Shown here: one piece after another, positions 36,131 through 45,578 of the stretch
How positions within the stretch are numbered: position 1 is the stretch's first letter
Layout: each line of letters opens with the position of its first letter
Origin: Actinomycetes bacterium
GTDB taxonomy: Bacteria > Actinomycetota > Acidimicrobiia > IMCC26256 > VFJJ01
Reading direction: 5' to 3'
DNA: 64,000 nt
Assembly (NCBI GenBank): GCA_031362415.1
Contig: JANLSK010000056.1
Coordinates: forward strand, 24,814-88,813
Notes under the pieces: generated by a model
The model's input: the letters and a program-made list of their open reading frames with translations, nothing else
Databases searched by the model: none
What the model was told of the DNA's origin: nothing
Made by a program: the position numbers and the translations under genes

Positions 36131-36715
36131 GTGGCCGACGAGGCTCGTGAAGAAATGCACGAGGTCGAGAACGAGGCACCCGCCGAGGGGCCGGCGCGCC
36201 CGTCCGACGACGTCGCCGCGGCCGTGCTCGAAGCCTTCCCCGGCTCGGTGTTCGCGCTCTCGCACGGTCAGGCCGTCGTCTACGTCGACCGGGCCAACCT
36301 CCGAGACGTCGTGGGCTTCTTGCTCCTCGAGCAGCAGTTCACCCAGGTGGTCGACATCACCGGTGTCGACCAGAGCACCAACCCCGGTCGGTTCCTGGGC
36401 GACGGTGTGGCCCCGGAGCGCTTCGAGGTCGTGGCCAACTGCCTCTCGCACTGGCGCAACCGGCGCCTGCGGCTCATCGCCCAGGTGCCCGAGCACGATC
36501 CCGTCGTTCCCAGCCTGGTGCCCCTGTTCCCGGGCGTCGAGCTGGCCGAGCGTGAGATCTTCGACCTCATGGGGATCCGCTTCGACGGCCATCCCGACCT
36601 CACGCGGATCCTCCTCCCCGACGAGTGGGTCGGCCATCCCCTGCGCAAGGACGACGCCACGGCGAGGGTGCCCGTGCAGTTCAAGGCCGCCGGCAAGCCC
36701 CAGCCGAAGGTGTGA
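36131..36715 (+). CDS. nuoC: NADH-quinone oxidoreductase subunit C
   Basis: Motifs are EREIFDLMGIRFDGHPDL and HPLRKD. GTG 36131 follows an SD GGGGGAA; the ORF opens at 36041. Confidence 0.85.
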   Translation: MADEAREEMHEVENEAPAEGPARPSDDVAAAVLEAFPGSVFALSHGQAVVYVDRANLRDVVGFLLLEQQFTQVVDITGVDQSTNPGRFLGDGVAPERFEVVANCLSHWRNRRLRLIAQVPEHDPVVPSLVPLFPGVELAEREIFDLMGIRFDGHPDLTRILLPDEWVGHPLRKDDATARVPVQFKAAGKPQPKV

Positions 36716-36723
36716 GGAAGCCC

Positions 36724-38109
36724 ATGGGACTGCTCCGCCGCAGCACGAGCACCACCGACACGAGCGACGCGCCCGCCTTCGGGTCGGGCGACGAGCGCGA
36801 TGGGGCCGCGCCGAACGACGCCGCCGCGCTGCATCATCAGACCGACGAGGGCAGTCAGCTCATGCGGCCCTCGAAGGCCGCGACCGATGCTGCGGTGCGC
36901 GAGATCGTCCTCACCGGCGAGCTGTGGCCCGAGGTCGACCCCGACGACGAGACGATGATCGTCAACATGGGTCCGCAGCATCCGTCGACCCACGGCGTGC
37001 TGCGGGTGATGCTCGAGCTCGAGGGCGAGGTCGTGCTGCGCCTGAAGCCGGTGATCGGCTACCTCCACACCGGCATGGAGAAGACGGGCGAGGAGCTCAC
37101 CTACGTCCAGGGCGCCACCAACGTCACCCGCATGGACTATGCCGCCTCGCTGTTCAACGAGACCGTCTACGCCATGGCGGTCGAGCAGCTCCTCGAGCTC
37201 GAGCTGCCGTCCCGGGCGCAGTGGATCCGCATGCTCATGCACGAGCTCAACCGCATGTCGTCGCACCTGCTGTTCCTGGCGACCAACGGCATGGACCTGG
37301 GTTCCACCTCGGCCATGATCTACGGCTGGCGCGAACGCGAGGAGGTGTTGCGGTTCTTCGAGAAGGTCACCGGCCTGCGCATGAACCACAACTTCTTCCG
37401 GGTCGGGGGCTCGGCCGCCGACCTGCCCGACGGCTGGCAGGACGACGCGCTGGCGGTGTGCGACTCGGTCGAGTACGGCGTGGCCGAGATCGACGAGCTC
37501 CTCACCCACAACCCCATCTGGTTGGAGCGCACCGTCGGGATCGGGATCATCACCAGCTCCCAGGCCCTGGCTCTCGGCGCCTCGGGCCCGATCCTGCGTT
37601 CCACCGGGATCCCGTGGGATCTGCGCAAGGAACAGCCGTACCTGCCGTACGACCAGGTCGACTTCGACGTGATCTACGCCGAGAACGGCGACTGCTTCGA
37701 CCGGTACCGGATCAAGCTGGTGGAGATCCTGGAGTCGGCCAAGATCGTGCGTCAGTGCGTCGAGCACATGCCTGGCGGCGACTACCGGGTCCAGGACGGC
37801 AAGGTCACCCCGCCGCCCCGGGCCCGCATCGACGAGTCGATGGAAGCGCTCATCCACCATTTCAAGCTGTTCACCGAGGGCTTCAAGGTGCCGGCCGGCG
37901 AGACCTACGCTGCCGTCGAGGGTCCCCGGGGCGAGCTGGGCTGCTACCTGGTGAGCGACGGCACCGCCAAGCCGGCCCGTATGCACATCCGGGCTCCGAG
38001 CTTCTACAACCTGCAGACCGCAGGGGCCATGATGCACGGCGGCCTCGTGGCCGACGCCATCACCATCATCTCGAGCGTCGACCCCATCATGGGCGACGTC
38101 GACCGGTAG
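36724..38109 (+). CDS. nuoD: NADH-quinone oxidoreductase subunit D
   Basis: Motifs are NMGPQHPSTHGVLR, IGYLHTGMEK and TRMDY. It has an N-terminal ~60-aa extension. Confidence 0.95.
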   Translation: MGLLRRSTSTTDTSDAPAFGSGDERDGAAPNDAAALHHQTDEGSQLMRPSKAATDAAVREIVLTGELWPEVDPDDETMIVNMGPQHPSTHGVLRVMLELEGEVVLRLKPVIGYLHTGMEKTGEELTYVQGATNVTRMDYAASLFNETVYAMAVEQLLELELPSRAQWIRMLMHELNRMSSHLLFLATNGMDLGSTSAMIYGWREREEVLRFFEKVTGLRMNHNFFRVGGSAADLPDGWQDDALAVCDSVEYGVAEIDELLTHNPIWLERTVGIGIITSSQALALGASGPILRSTGIPWDLRKEQPYLPYDQVDFDVIYAENGDCFDRYRIKLVEILESAKIVRQCVEHMPGGDYRVQDGKVTPPPRARIDESMEALIHHFKLFTEGFKVPAGETYAAVEGPRGELGCYLVSDGTAKPARMHIRAPSFYNLQTAGAMMHGGLVADAITIISSVDPIMGDVDR

Positions 38110-38121
38110 GGGTCTGCAGAC

Positions 38122-38607
38122 GTGTTCAGCTCCGACAACCTCCAGCGGGCCCGCGAGATCATCTCCCGCTATCCGAGCTCGCGCTCGGCGCTGCTGCCGT
38201 TGCTGCACCTCGCCCAGGATCAAGACGGCTGGGTCAACGACGAGGCCATGACCGAGATCGCCGGTCTGCTCGAGCTCACCCGGTCCGACGTGTACGGCAC
38301 CTGCTCCTTCTACACCATGTTCAAGCTCGAACCGGTGGGCAAGTACGTGGTGTCGGTGTGCACGAACGTCACCTGCCTCGTCACCGGGGGACCGGCCATC
38401 TTGCATCACCTCGAAAAGGCCTACGCCGACGATGCCGACGTGTTCGTCGAGGAGGTCGAGTGTCTGGCCGCCTGCGGCGGGGCCCCGGCGCTCCAGGTGA
38501 ACTACGAGTACCACGAACGCCTGACGCCCCAGAGCGCCGAGCAGATCGTCGACGCTTATCGGTCGGGCCAGCGCACCGCCCGGCGACTCTCGGGAGGCCC
38601 GCGGTGA
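38122..38607 (+). CDS. nuoE: NADH-quinone oxidoreductase subunit E
   Basis: Thioredoxin-like 2Fe-2S subunit with VCTNVTC and CLAACGGAP. Confidence 0.9.
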   Translation: MFSSDNLQRAREIISRYPSSRSALLPLLHLAQDQDGWVNDEAMTEIAGLLELTRSDVYGTCSFYTMFKLEPVGKYVVSVCTNVTCLVTGGPAILHHLEKAYADDADVFVEEVECLAACGGAPALQVNYEYHERLTPQSAEQIVDAYRSGQRTARRLSGGPR

Positions 38608-39950
38608 CGCTCCAGGAGACCCGTCTGCTCACGAAGCGGATGAACGACCGGCCTGCCGATTCGTTCACGATGGAAGGCGCTCTGGCCACCGGGGCGTACG
38701 ACATGTTGCGCAAGGCCCTGCAGATGAAGTCGGCCGACGTGCAGGAAGAGGTCAAGACCTCGGGTCTGCGAGGGCGCGGCGGCGGCGGTTTCCCCACGGG
38801 TACGAAGTGGTCGTTCCTGCCCGCCGGGTTGTACCCGCGCTACCTCGTGGTCAACGCCGACGAGGGCGAGCCGTCCACGTTCAAGGACCGCGAGCTGATG
38901 GAGCGCGATCCCCATCAGCTCATCGAAGGCATCGCCATCTCGGCCTACGCCATCGAGTCGAACCTGGCCTTCATCTACCTGCGCGGCGAGATGGCCCACG
39001 CCAACGAGATCCTCACCCAGGCCCTCGCCGACGCGCGAGCCAAGGGATTCCTGGGTCAGAACATCCTCGGCTCGGGGTACGACCTCGACATCGTGCTCCA
39101 CCGCGGCGCCGGGGCCTACATCTGTGGCGAGGAGACCGCGCTGCTCGAATCGCTCGAAGGCCGACGGGGCATGCCGCGCATCCGGCCCCCGTTCCCGGCC
39201 GTCGCCGGCCTGTACGCCAAGCCCACCGTGGTCAACAACGTTGAGACGATGGCCACCGTGCCCCACATCGTCAGCATGGGCGGCGCCGAGTACGCCAAGA
39301 TCGGCGTGAACCGCTCCACGGGCACGCGGATGTTCTCGCTGTCGGGTCACGTCAACCGGCCCGGGAACTACGAGGTCGAGCTCGGGGCCACGTTCCGGGA
39401 GCTGATCGACGATCTCGGCGGCGGGGTCACGAACGGCGGCACCGTGAAGTTCTTCATCCCCGGCGGCGCATCGTCGCAGTGGCTCGTGAACGAGCATCTC
39501 GACGTTCCCCTCGACATGGACGAGGTGGGCAAGCTGGGCGTGATGCTGGGTTCGGGCGCGGTGATGGTCTTCGACCAGGACACCGATCCGCTGGCCGTCG
39601 CCTGGCGCCTCGTGAAGTTCTTCGCCCACGAGTCGTGCGGCAAGTGCACACCGTGTCGCGAGGGCACGGGCTGGGAGGAGAAGATCCTGTACCGGATCCT
39701 CCACGGCCAGGGCCGCCCGAGCGATCTCGATCTGCTGCTCGACATCGGCGACAACATCTCGCCCGGCCTCAACGCCCCCTTCAGCCAGACCACGATCTGC
39801 CCGCTCGGGCCGTCGTCGGTCTCGCCCATCGTGAGCCTCAACAAGTACTTCCGCGACGACGTCATCGCCCGGTGCACGCCGAGACTCGTCACGATGCTCA
39901 CCGGAAATGGGCTCGCCGGAAATGGGCTCGACGGGGGGCTCCACCGATGA
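38604..39950 (+). CDS. nuoF: NADH-quinone oxidoreductase subunit F
   Basis: The FMN/NADH site is GLRGRGGGGFPTG, and ESCGKCTPCREG ligates N3. The start overlaps the nuoE stop (GTGA). It is the last third of a spurious 1606-aa open frame. Confidence 0.95.
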   Translation: MTLQETRLLTKRMNDRPADSFTMEGALATGAYDMLRKALQMKSADVQEEVKTSGLRGRGGGGFPTGTKWSFLPAGLYPRYLVVNADEGEPSTFKDRELMERDPHQLIEGIAISAYAIESNLAFIYLRGEMAHANEILTQALADARAKGFLGQNILGSGYDLDIVLHRGAGAYICGEETALLESLEGRRGMPRIRPPFPAVAGLYAKPTVVNNVETMATVPHIVSMGGAEYAKIGVNRSTGTRMFSLSGHVNRPGNYEVELGATFRELIDDLGGGVTNGGTVKFFIPGGASSQWLVNEHLDVPLDMDEVGKLGVMLGSGAVMVFDQDTDPLAVAWRLVKFFAHESCGKCTPCREGTGWEEKILYRILHGQGRPSDLDLLLDIGDNISPGLNAPFSQTTICPLGPSSVSPIVSLNKYFRDDVIARCTPRLVTMLTGNGLAGNGLDGGLHR

Positions 39951-42658
39951 GCGCCGTGAACCCGCAGCCCCCGCCGGAGCTGGTGGAGCTCACGATCGAC
40001 GGTCATCTGGTGATGGTGCCCAAGGGCGCCAACCTGATCGACGTGGCCCAACGGCACGGGCACTACATCCCGCGCTTTTGCTGGCACGAGCGGATGAAGC
40101 CCGTCGGCATGTGCCGCATGTGCCTCATCGAGATCGAGGGCGTCCGGGGCTTGCCGCCGGCCTGTACCACCACGGTCACGCCGGGCATGGTGGTGCACAC
40201 CCAGGAGAGCTCGCCCAACGCCCGCAAGGCGCAAGAGGGCGTGCTCGAGTTCCTGCTCATCAACCACCCGCTCGACTGCCCGGTCTGCGACCGGGGCGGC
40301 GAGTGCCCCCTGCAAGACCACACCATCGCCCACGGGCCCGCCGAGTCGCGCTTCGTCGAGGAGAAGCGCCATTTCGCCAAGCCCATCCCCATCTCGCACG
40401 TCGTCGACCTCGATCGGGAGCGCTGCATCCTCTGTGCGCGCTGTACCCGCTTCGCCGACGAGATCGCCGGCGATCCGCTCATCTCGTTCGTCGAGCGGGG
40501 GGGCCACAGCCAGGTTCTCAACTATCCCGACGATCCGTTCTCGTCGTACTTCTCGGGAAACACGGTCCAGATCTGTCCGGTGGGGGCGCTCACGGCACGG
40601 CCCTACCGGTTCCGGGCCCGTCCCTGGGATCTCGAGAAGGCCGAGACCTCGTGTGTCACCTGCGCCGTGCAGTGCCGGGGCGAGGTGCACTCCACGACCA
40701 ACCAGATCGTGCGCCTGCTCGGCGTCGACTCCGACGCCGTGAACCACGGCTGGCTCTGCGACAAGGGCCGCTTCGGTTACGAGTGGGTCGAGTCACCGGC
40801 ACGAGTCACTGCGCCCATGGTGCGCAAGACGGCCGACGATGGCACGAGCGAGCTGGTCGAGGTGTCCTGGCCCGAGGCGCTCGACGCCGCGGCCCAGGGT
40901 CTGCAGGAGGTGGCACGGCTGCATCAGGCGTCATCGATCGGCGTGTTGGGCGGGGCCCGGGGGACCAACGAGGACGCCTACGTGTGGGCCCGCTTCGCCA
41001 AGGGCGTGCTGGGCACCGACAACGTCGACTGCCAACTCGGCGACGGCCTTCCGGCTGAGGTCGTGCTGGGCCTGCCCCGGGCGACGATCGCCGACTGCGA
41101 CCGGGCCCGGTCCGTGGTGCTGTTGGCGCCCGACCTGAAGGAAGAGCTCCCGGTCCTGTTCCTGCGGCTCAAGCGGGCGGCACAGGACCTCGGCGTGAAG
41201 CTCGTCGAGATCGGCGCCACCGACACCGGGCTCACCTCTCTGGCTGCCGCTACCGTGCGCCATCTCCCGGGCTCGGCCGCTGACGTGGTCGGTCGGCTCG
41301 TCGCCGCCATCGGCGGCACGGCCTCGGGTGACGGCCGGATCGATGCGGCCGCCGCGCTCCTCGGCGACGGCTCCGACGTGGTGGTCGTGTTGGGCCGGCC
41401 CAACCTGGCCGAGCCGGCCGACGCCACCGTGGCCGCAGCCGCCGCGCTGGCAACGCTCCCCGGCGTGCGGTTCCTGTCGGCGTTGCGCCGGAGCAACGTG
41501 CACGGCGCGCTCGACATGGGCCTGGCTCCCGGGCTGCTGCCCGGTCGGGTGTCGCTCGACGATGGCCGCGACGCGTTCACCGAGGCGTGGGGCTCAGTGC
41601 CCGAGGGCCGAGGCCGCGACGGTGCCGGGATGCTCCGGGCCGCGGCCGACGGGCAGCTGCACGGGCTGGTGCTGCTCGGCTCCGACCCCATGGCCGACTT
41701 CCCCGATCGGGCGCTGGCCGAACGGGCCCTGGCCTCGATCGGCTTCACCGTGGTGGTTGACGGGTTCCTGAGCGAATCGGCCAAGCGGGCCGACGTCGTG
41801 CTCCCGCCGGCGGTGTGGGGCGAGAAGTCGGGCTCGGCCACGAACATCGAGGGCCGGGTGCAGCGGCTCACCCGCCGGGTCACCGCAGCCGGTCGCACCA
41901 TGGACGATTGGCGGATCGCGGTGGAGCTGGCGGCCCGCTTCGACGTCGACTTCGACCTCGAGACCATCGACGAGGTGCAGAGCGAGATCGCCCGACTGGC
42001 TCCCGCCTACCGGGGCGTCGACAGCCATGTGATCAACGGCGCCCGCGACGGCGTTGTCGTTCCTCTGGCACCGGTCACCGTGGCCATCGGCCGCCGCCGC
42101 GCTGCGGCGACTGCTGACACCGATGCCGAGGGTGCTGAGGCAGCTGGTACTGAGGGTGCTGGTGCTGGCGCTTCTGGCGTTGAGGCCGAGCGTGCTGACA
42201 CGGCTGATGCCGCCGAGGCTGGCGCCGAGATGCCGGCCGCCGGTCCCGCGCTCCTCGTCTGGGACCGCTCGGCCCCCGCCGTGGCGCCCGTCACCCGCGA
42301 CTCCTACGCCGTTCGCCTGGTCGTGGCCCGGAAGCTCTACGACGCCGGGCGGGTGGTGGCCCAGGGCCCGTCGATCGTCGACCTGGCCCCGGGTCCGTTG
42401 CTCGAGCTCAACCCGTCCGACCTCGAGCACCTCGGCGTCATCGACGGGGGCACGGTCCGGGCATCGTCGAGCCGAGGGTCGGGCGTCTTCACCACACGGA
42501 GCACCAGGGGTGTGCCCGCGGGCACGGCCCGTCTGGCCCACAACCAGCCCGGCGACGACTCCGATCTGGTCGACATCGCCGAGGCGGTCACCGATCTCCG
42601 CCTCGAGACGGTGGGTGCCAGCGCCACGGTGGGCTTGTCCAAGGGAGGGGCCCGATGA
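39947..42658 (+). CDS. nuoG: NADH-quinone oxidoreductase subunit G
   Basis: Motifs are CRMCLIEIEG, HPLDCPVCDRGGECPLQD and CILCARCTRF, followed by a molybdopterin-like domain. It carries an Ala/Glu-rich insert. The start overlaps the nuoF stop (ATGA). Confidence 0.95.
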   Translation: MSAVNPQPPPELVELTIDGHLVMVPKGANLIDVAQRHGHYIPRFCWHERMKPVGMCRMCLIEIEGVRGLPPACTTTVTPGMVVHTQESSPNARKAQEGVLEFLLINHPLDCPVCDRGGECPLQDHTIAHGPAESRFVEEKRHFAKPIPISHVVDLDRERCILCARCTRFADEIAGDPLISFVERGGHSQVLNYPDDPFSSYFSGNTVQICPVGALTARPYRFRARPWDLEKAETSCVTCAVQCRGEVHSTTNQIVRLLGVDSDAVNHGWLCDKGRFGYEWVESPARVTAPMVRKTADDGTSELVEVSWPEALDAAAQGLQEVARLHQASSIGVLGGARGTNEDAYVWARFAKGVLGTDNVDCQLGDGLPAEVVLGLPRATIADCDRARSVVLLAPDLKEELPVLFLRLKRAAQDLGVKLVEIGATDTGLTSLAAATVRHLPGSAADVVGRLVAAIGGTASGDGRIDAAAALLGDGSDVVVVLGRPNLAEPADATVAAAAALATLPGVRFLSALRRSNVHGALDMGLAPGLLPGRVSLDDGRDAFTEAWGSVPEGRGRDGAGMLRAAADGQLHGLVLLGSDPMADFPDRALAERALASIGFTVVVDGFLSESAKRADVVLPPAVWGEKSGSATNIEGRVQRLTRRVTAAGRTMDDWRIAVELAARFDVDFDLETIDEVQSEIARLAPAYRGVDSHVINGARDGVVVPLAPVTVAIGRRRAAATADTDAEGAEAAGTEGAGAGASGVEAERADTADAAEAGAEMPAAGPALLVWDRSAPAVAPVTRDSYAVRLVVARKLYDAGRVVAQGPSIVDLAPGPLLELNPSDLEHLGVIDGGTVRASSSRGSGVFTTRSTRGVPAGTARLAHNQPGDDSDLVDIAEAVTDLRLETVGASATVGLSKGGAR

Positions 42659-43911
42659 TCAAGGATCCGCTCTGGGCCGACGGTGAGATAGACCTCGCCG
42701 ACGTCGTCATCATCATCGGCAAGGTGATCTTCGCCTTCGCGTTCCTCATGATCACCGTGGTGCTGTTCATCTGGTTCATGCGCAAGGTCATCAGCGACAT
42801 GCAGAACCGGGTGGGGCCCAACCGGGCCGGCCCGTTCGGCATCCTGCAAACCTTGGCCGACGGTGTGAAGCTGTTCATGAAAGAACAGTCGATCCCCGAG
42901 CAGGCCGACGAGCGGATCTTCAAGCTGGCCCCGTACCTCACGCTGTTGCCGGCCTTCCTGGCGTTCTGCGTGATCCCGTGGGGCACCCAGATCACCATCG
43001 CCGGCAACACCACGAACCTCCAGGTCGCCGAGATCCCCATGGGCGTGCTGTGGATCCTGGCGATGTCGGGCATCGGCGTGTACGGCGTGATGCTCGCTGG
43101 GTGGGCCTCGGGCTCGAAGTACCCGCTCCTGGGCGGCATCCGGGCCTCGGCCCAGGTGATCTCCTACGAGGCGGCGCTGGGCTTGGCCGTCATCGGTGCG
43201 GTCATCCGCTCCGAGAGCCTCTCGATGCAATCGTTCGTGGCCGTCCAGGCCTGGGACGGCCCGGGCTCGCTGCGCGACTGGCTGATCGCTTCGGCGCCCT
43301 TGTCGTTCTTCATCTTCGTGCTCGCCGCGCTGGCCGAGACGAACCAGCCGCCCTTCGACCTCGTGGAGGCCGAGCAGGAGCTCGTCGGTGGGTTCCACAC
43401 CGAATACACCGGCATCCGGTTCGCCATGTTCAACGTGGCCGAGTTCATGAACGTGGTCACGATGTCGGCCGTCGCCATCACGTTGTTCCTCGGTGGTCCC
43501 AACGGTCCCGGGACCGACCGGGCCGACAACTGGGGCGCGCTCATCTCCTTCGCCTGGTTCGTGGGCAAGCTCTGGGTGTTCCTGTTCGCGGTCGTGTGGC
43601 TGCGGGCCTCGGTTCCCCGACTGCGCTACGACCAGCTCATGGACCTGGGCTGGCGCAAGCTCATCCCCTTGTCACTCCTGTGGACGGGCATCCTCGCGGT
43701 CATCAAGGTCGGCCGGGCCGAGGACTGGGCGCCTGCGGTGTACCTCCCGGCATCCTTCGCTGGGGCCGGTCTCGTGGCCCTTTTCATCTACGCCTGCATG
43801 CCCAAGCGCGAGCTCGTGCCCGCGTCTGGCCCGGTCCCGAGCGCCCCGGAAGTCCCGGGAGCCCCGAGCTCCCCCACCGCCACAACGGTGAAGGAGGTGG
43901 CGCACCGATGA
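42655..43911 (+). CDS. nuoH: NADH-quinone oxidoreductase subunit H
   Basis: Polytopic, with the motifs MQNRVGPNRAGPFGILQ and ETNQPPFDLVEAEQELVGG. Confidence 0.95.
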   Translation: MIKDPLWADGEIDLADVVIIIGKVIFAFAFLMITVVLFIWFMRKVISDMQNRVGPNRAGPFGILQTLADGVKLFMKEQSIPEQADERIFKLAPYLTLLPAFLAFCVIPWGTQITIAGNTTNLQVAEIPMGVLWILAMSGIGVYGVMLAGWASGSKYPLLGGIRASAQVISYEAALGLAVIGAVIRSESLSMQSFVAVQAWDGPGSLRDWLIASAPLSFFIFVLAALAETNQPPFDLVEAEQELVGGFHTEYTGIRFAMFNVAEFMNVVTMSAVAITLFLGGPNGPGTDRADNWGALISFAWFVGKLWVFLFAVVWLRASVPRLRYDQLMDLGWRKLIPLSLLWTGILAVIKVGRAEDWAPAVYLPASFAGAGLVALFIYACMPKRELVPASGPVPSAPEVPGAPSSPTATTVKEVAHR

Positions 43912-44654
43912 GTCGATGGTCGGGGTTCGCGGTCACCTGGCGGCAGATGTTCAAGCCCCGGGTGACCATCCAGTACCCGGAGGTCAAGCGGCCCAAGCCC
44001 GAGCGCTTCCACGGCCGGCACGTCCTCAACCGGTACGAGGACGGCATGGAGAAGTGCATCGGCTGCGAGCTGTGCGCGGGCGTGTGCCCGGCCCGGTGCA
44101 TCTACGTGCGCGGAGCCGACAACTCAGCCGACGCCCCCGTCTCGCCGGGCGAGCGATTCGGCTTCGTCTACGAGATCAACTTCCTGCGCTGCATCCATTG
44201 CGATCTCTGCGTGGAGGCCTGCCCCACCGAGGCCATCACCGAGTCGAAGCTCTTCGAGTTCTCCTTCACGAACCGCCGTGACGCGATCTACACCAAGGCC
44301 GAGCTCCTCGTCGACGACGACGGACGCGCTCAGCGGATGCCTTGGGAGCACTGGGAGGGCCACGAGGACGACCGCACGTCGGCGTGGATGCGGGCCACGG
44401 CCCCGGCCGGTCAGGCGGCGTTCGAGGGTCGGGTGTCGTGGTCGGGCGAGCTGGGCTTTGGTGTGCGAGCGCCCGAGGCCGGCCAGACCGCTCCCGCCTG
44501 GACACCACCGGCGCATGTGCTCCCCCGTGGCCGTGGCGGAAACGACCACCACGGCCACGCGAGCCATGCGCACGACGACCACGGCGACCACGACCACGAT
44601 GCCCATGCCCACGACGGCCACGAGCACGATGACCACGACCACGGGGGGCACTGA
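43908..44654 (+). CDS. nuoI: NADH-quinone oxidoreductase subunit I with His/Asp-rich C-terminal tail
   Basis: Cluster motifs are [12 protein letters not shown] and [12 protein letters not shown]. The ~90-aa extension ends [35 protein letters not shown]. Confidence 0.95.
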   Translation: MSRWSGFAVTWRQMFKPRVTIQYPEVKRPKPERFHGRHVLNRYEDGMEKCIGCELCAGVCPARCIYVRGADNSADAPVSPGERFGFVYEINFLRCIHCDLCVEACPTEAITESKLFEFSFTNRRDAIYTKAELLVDDDGRAQRMPWEHWEGHEDDRTSAWMRATAPAGQAAFEGRVSWSGELGFGVRAPEAGQTAPAWTPPAHVLPRGRGGNDHHGHASHAHDDHGDHDHDAHAHDGHEHDDHDHGGH

Positions 44655-45263
44655 GTGAGCGAAGTAGCCCAGTGGTTCGTCTTCATCGTCGCCTCGTCGG
44701 CGGCGATCGGGATGGCCGTCGGTGTCGTCACCCAGCGCAACCCGGTGCATGCCGCGCTGGCCTTGGTCGGCACGCTGTTCGCGGTGGCGGTCCTGTTCGT
44801 CATGCAGGAGGCGCACTTCCTCGCCGCGGTCCAGATCATCGTGTACGCCGGCGCCATCGTGGTGCTGTTCCTGTTCGTCATCATGCTGCTCGGCATCGAC
44901 AAGCACGAGGTGCTCGACGAATCGCTCCCGCTCCAGCGGATCATCGCGGGCGTCGTGGGTGTCGGATCGTTGGTGGTGGGCGCCATCATGCTGATCAAGG
45001 CCGACGCCGCGCCGCAGACGCCCACCGACTCCCCGTCGAGCATCTCGGGCACCGGCCTGGGCAACGTCGAGCACATCGGCCGCAGCCTCTTCAGCGACTA
45101 CCTGTGGGCCTTCGAGATCACGTCGGTGCTTCTGGTCATAGCGGTCGTCGGCGCGGTGGTGCTGGTACGGCGACGATCGGGCCCGGCGTCGGCCGACACC
45201 GACAACGACACCGGGACCGGCAATGGGGCCGAGTCCGGCGCGCCGGGGAAGGCCCGGGCGTGA
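44655..45263 (+). CDS. nuoJ: NADH-quinone oxidoreductase subunit J
   Basis: Five-TM pattern with [21 protein letters not shown] and [15 protein letters not shown]. Confidence 0.9.
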   Translation: MSEVAQWFVFIVASSAAIGMAVGVVTQRNPVHAALALVGTLFAVAVLFVMQEAHFLAAVQIIVYAGAIVVLFLFVIMLLGIDKHEVLDESLPLQRIIAGVVGVGSLVVGAIMLIKADAAPQTPTDSPSSISGTGLGNVEHIGRSLFSDYLWAFEITSVLLVIAVVGAVVLVRRRSGPASADTDNDTGTGNGAESGAPGKARA

Positions 45264-45568
45264 CGGCCATCGACCCCAACCTCTTTCTGGCCGTCGCCGC
45301 GATCATCTTCGTGATCGGGGCGGTCGGCCTGCTGACCCGCAAGAACGCACTGGTGATGTTCATGTGCGTCGAGCTGATGCTCAACGCCGTCAACCTCACC
45401 TTCGTCACGTTCTCCCGTGAGCTCGACGACATCGGCGGTCAGGTCACCGTGTTCTTCACGATGGTCGTCGCTGCCGCGGAGGTCTGTGTGGGCCTGGCCA
45501 TCATCGTGGCGATCTTCCGGCGCCGGCGCGGTGCCACCGCCGACGACCTCAACATCATGAAAGGCTGA
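45260..45568 (+). CDS. nuoK: NADH-quinone oxidoreductase subunit K
   Basis: About 100 aa with three TM helices. The motifs are [12 protein letters not shown] and [11 protein letters not shown]. The start overlaps the nuoJ stop (GTGA). Confidence 0.9.
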   Translation: MTAIDPNLFLAVAAIIFVIGAVGLLTRKNALVMFMCVELMLNAVNLTFVTFSRELDDIGGQVTVFFTMVVAAAEVCVGLAIIVAIFRRRRGATADDLNIMKG

Positions 45569-45578
45569 GGAGGAACCG

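Noticed and set aside
35130-39950. A 1606-aa open reading frame spanning nuoA to nuoF.
   Set aside because: Only its last 449 codons (from the GTG at 38604) look like a protein (NuoF). The rest is an Arg/Pro/Gly-rich out-of-frame read through nuoA-E, a stop-poor artefact of ~70% GC DNA.
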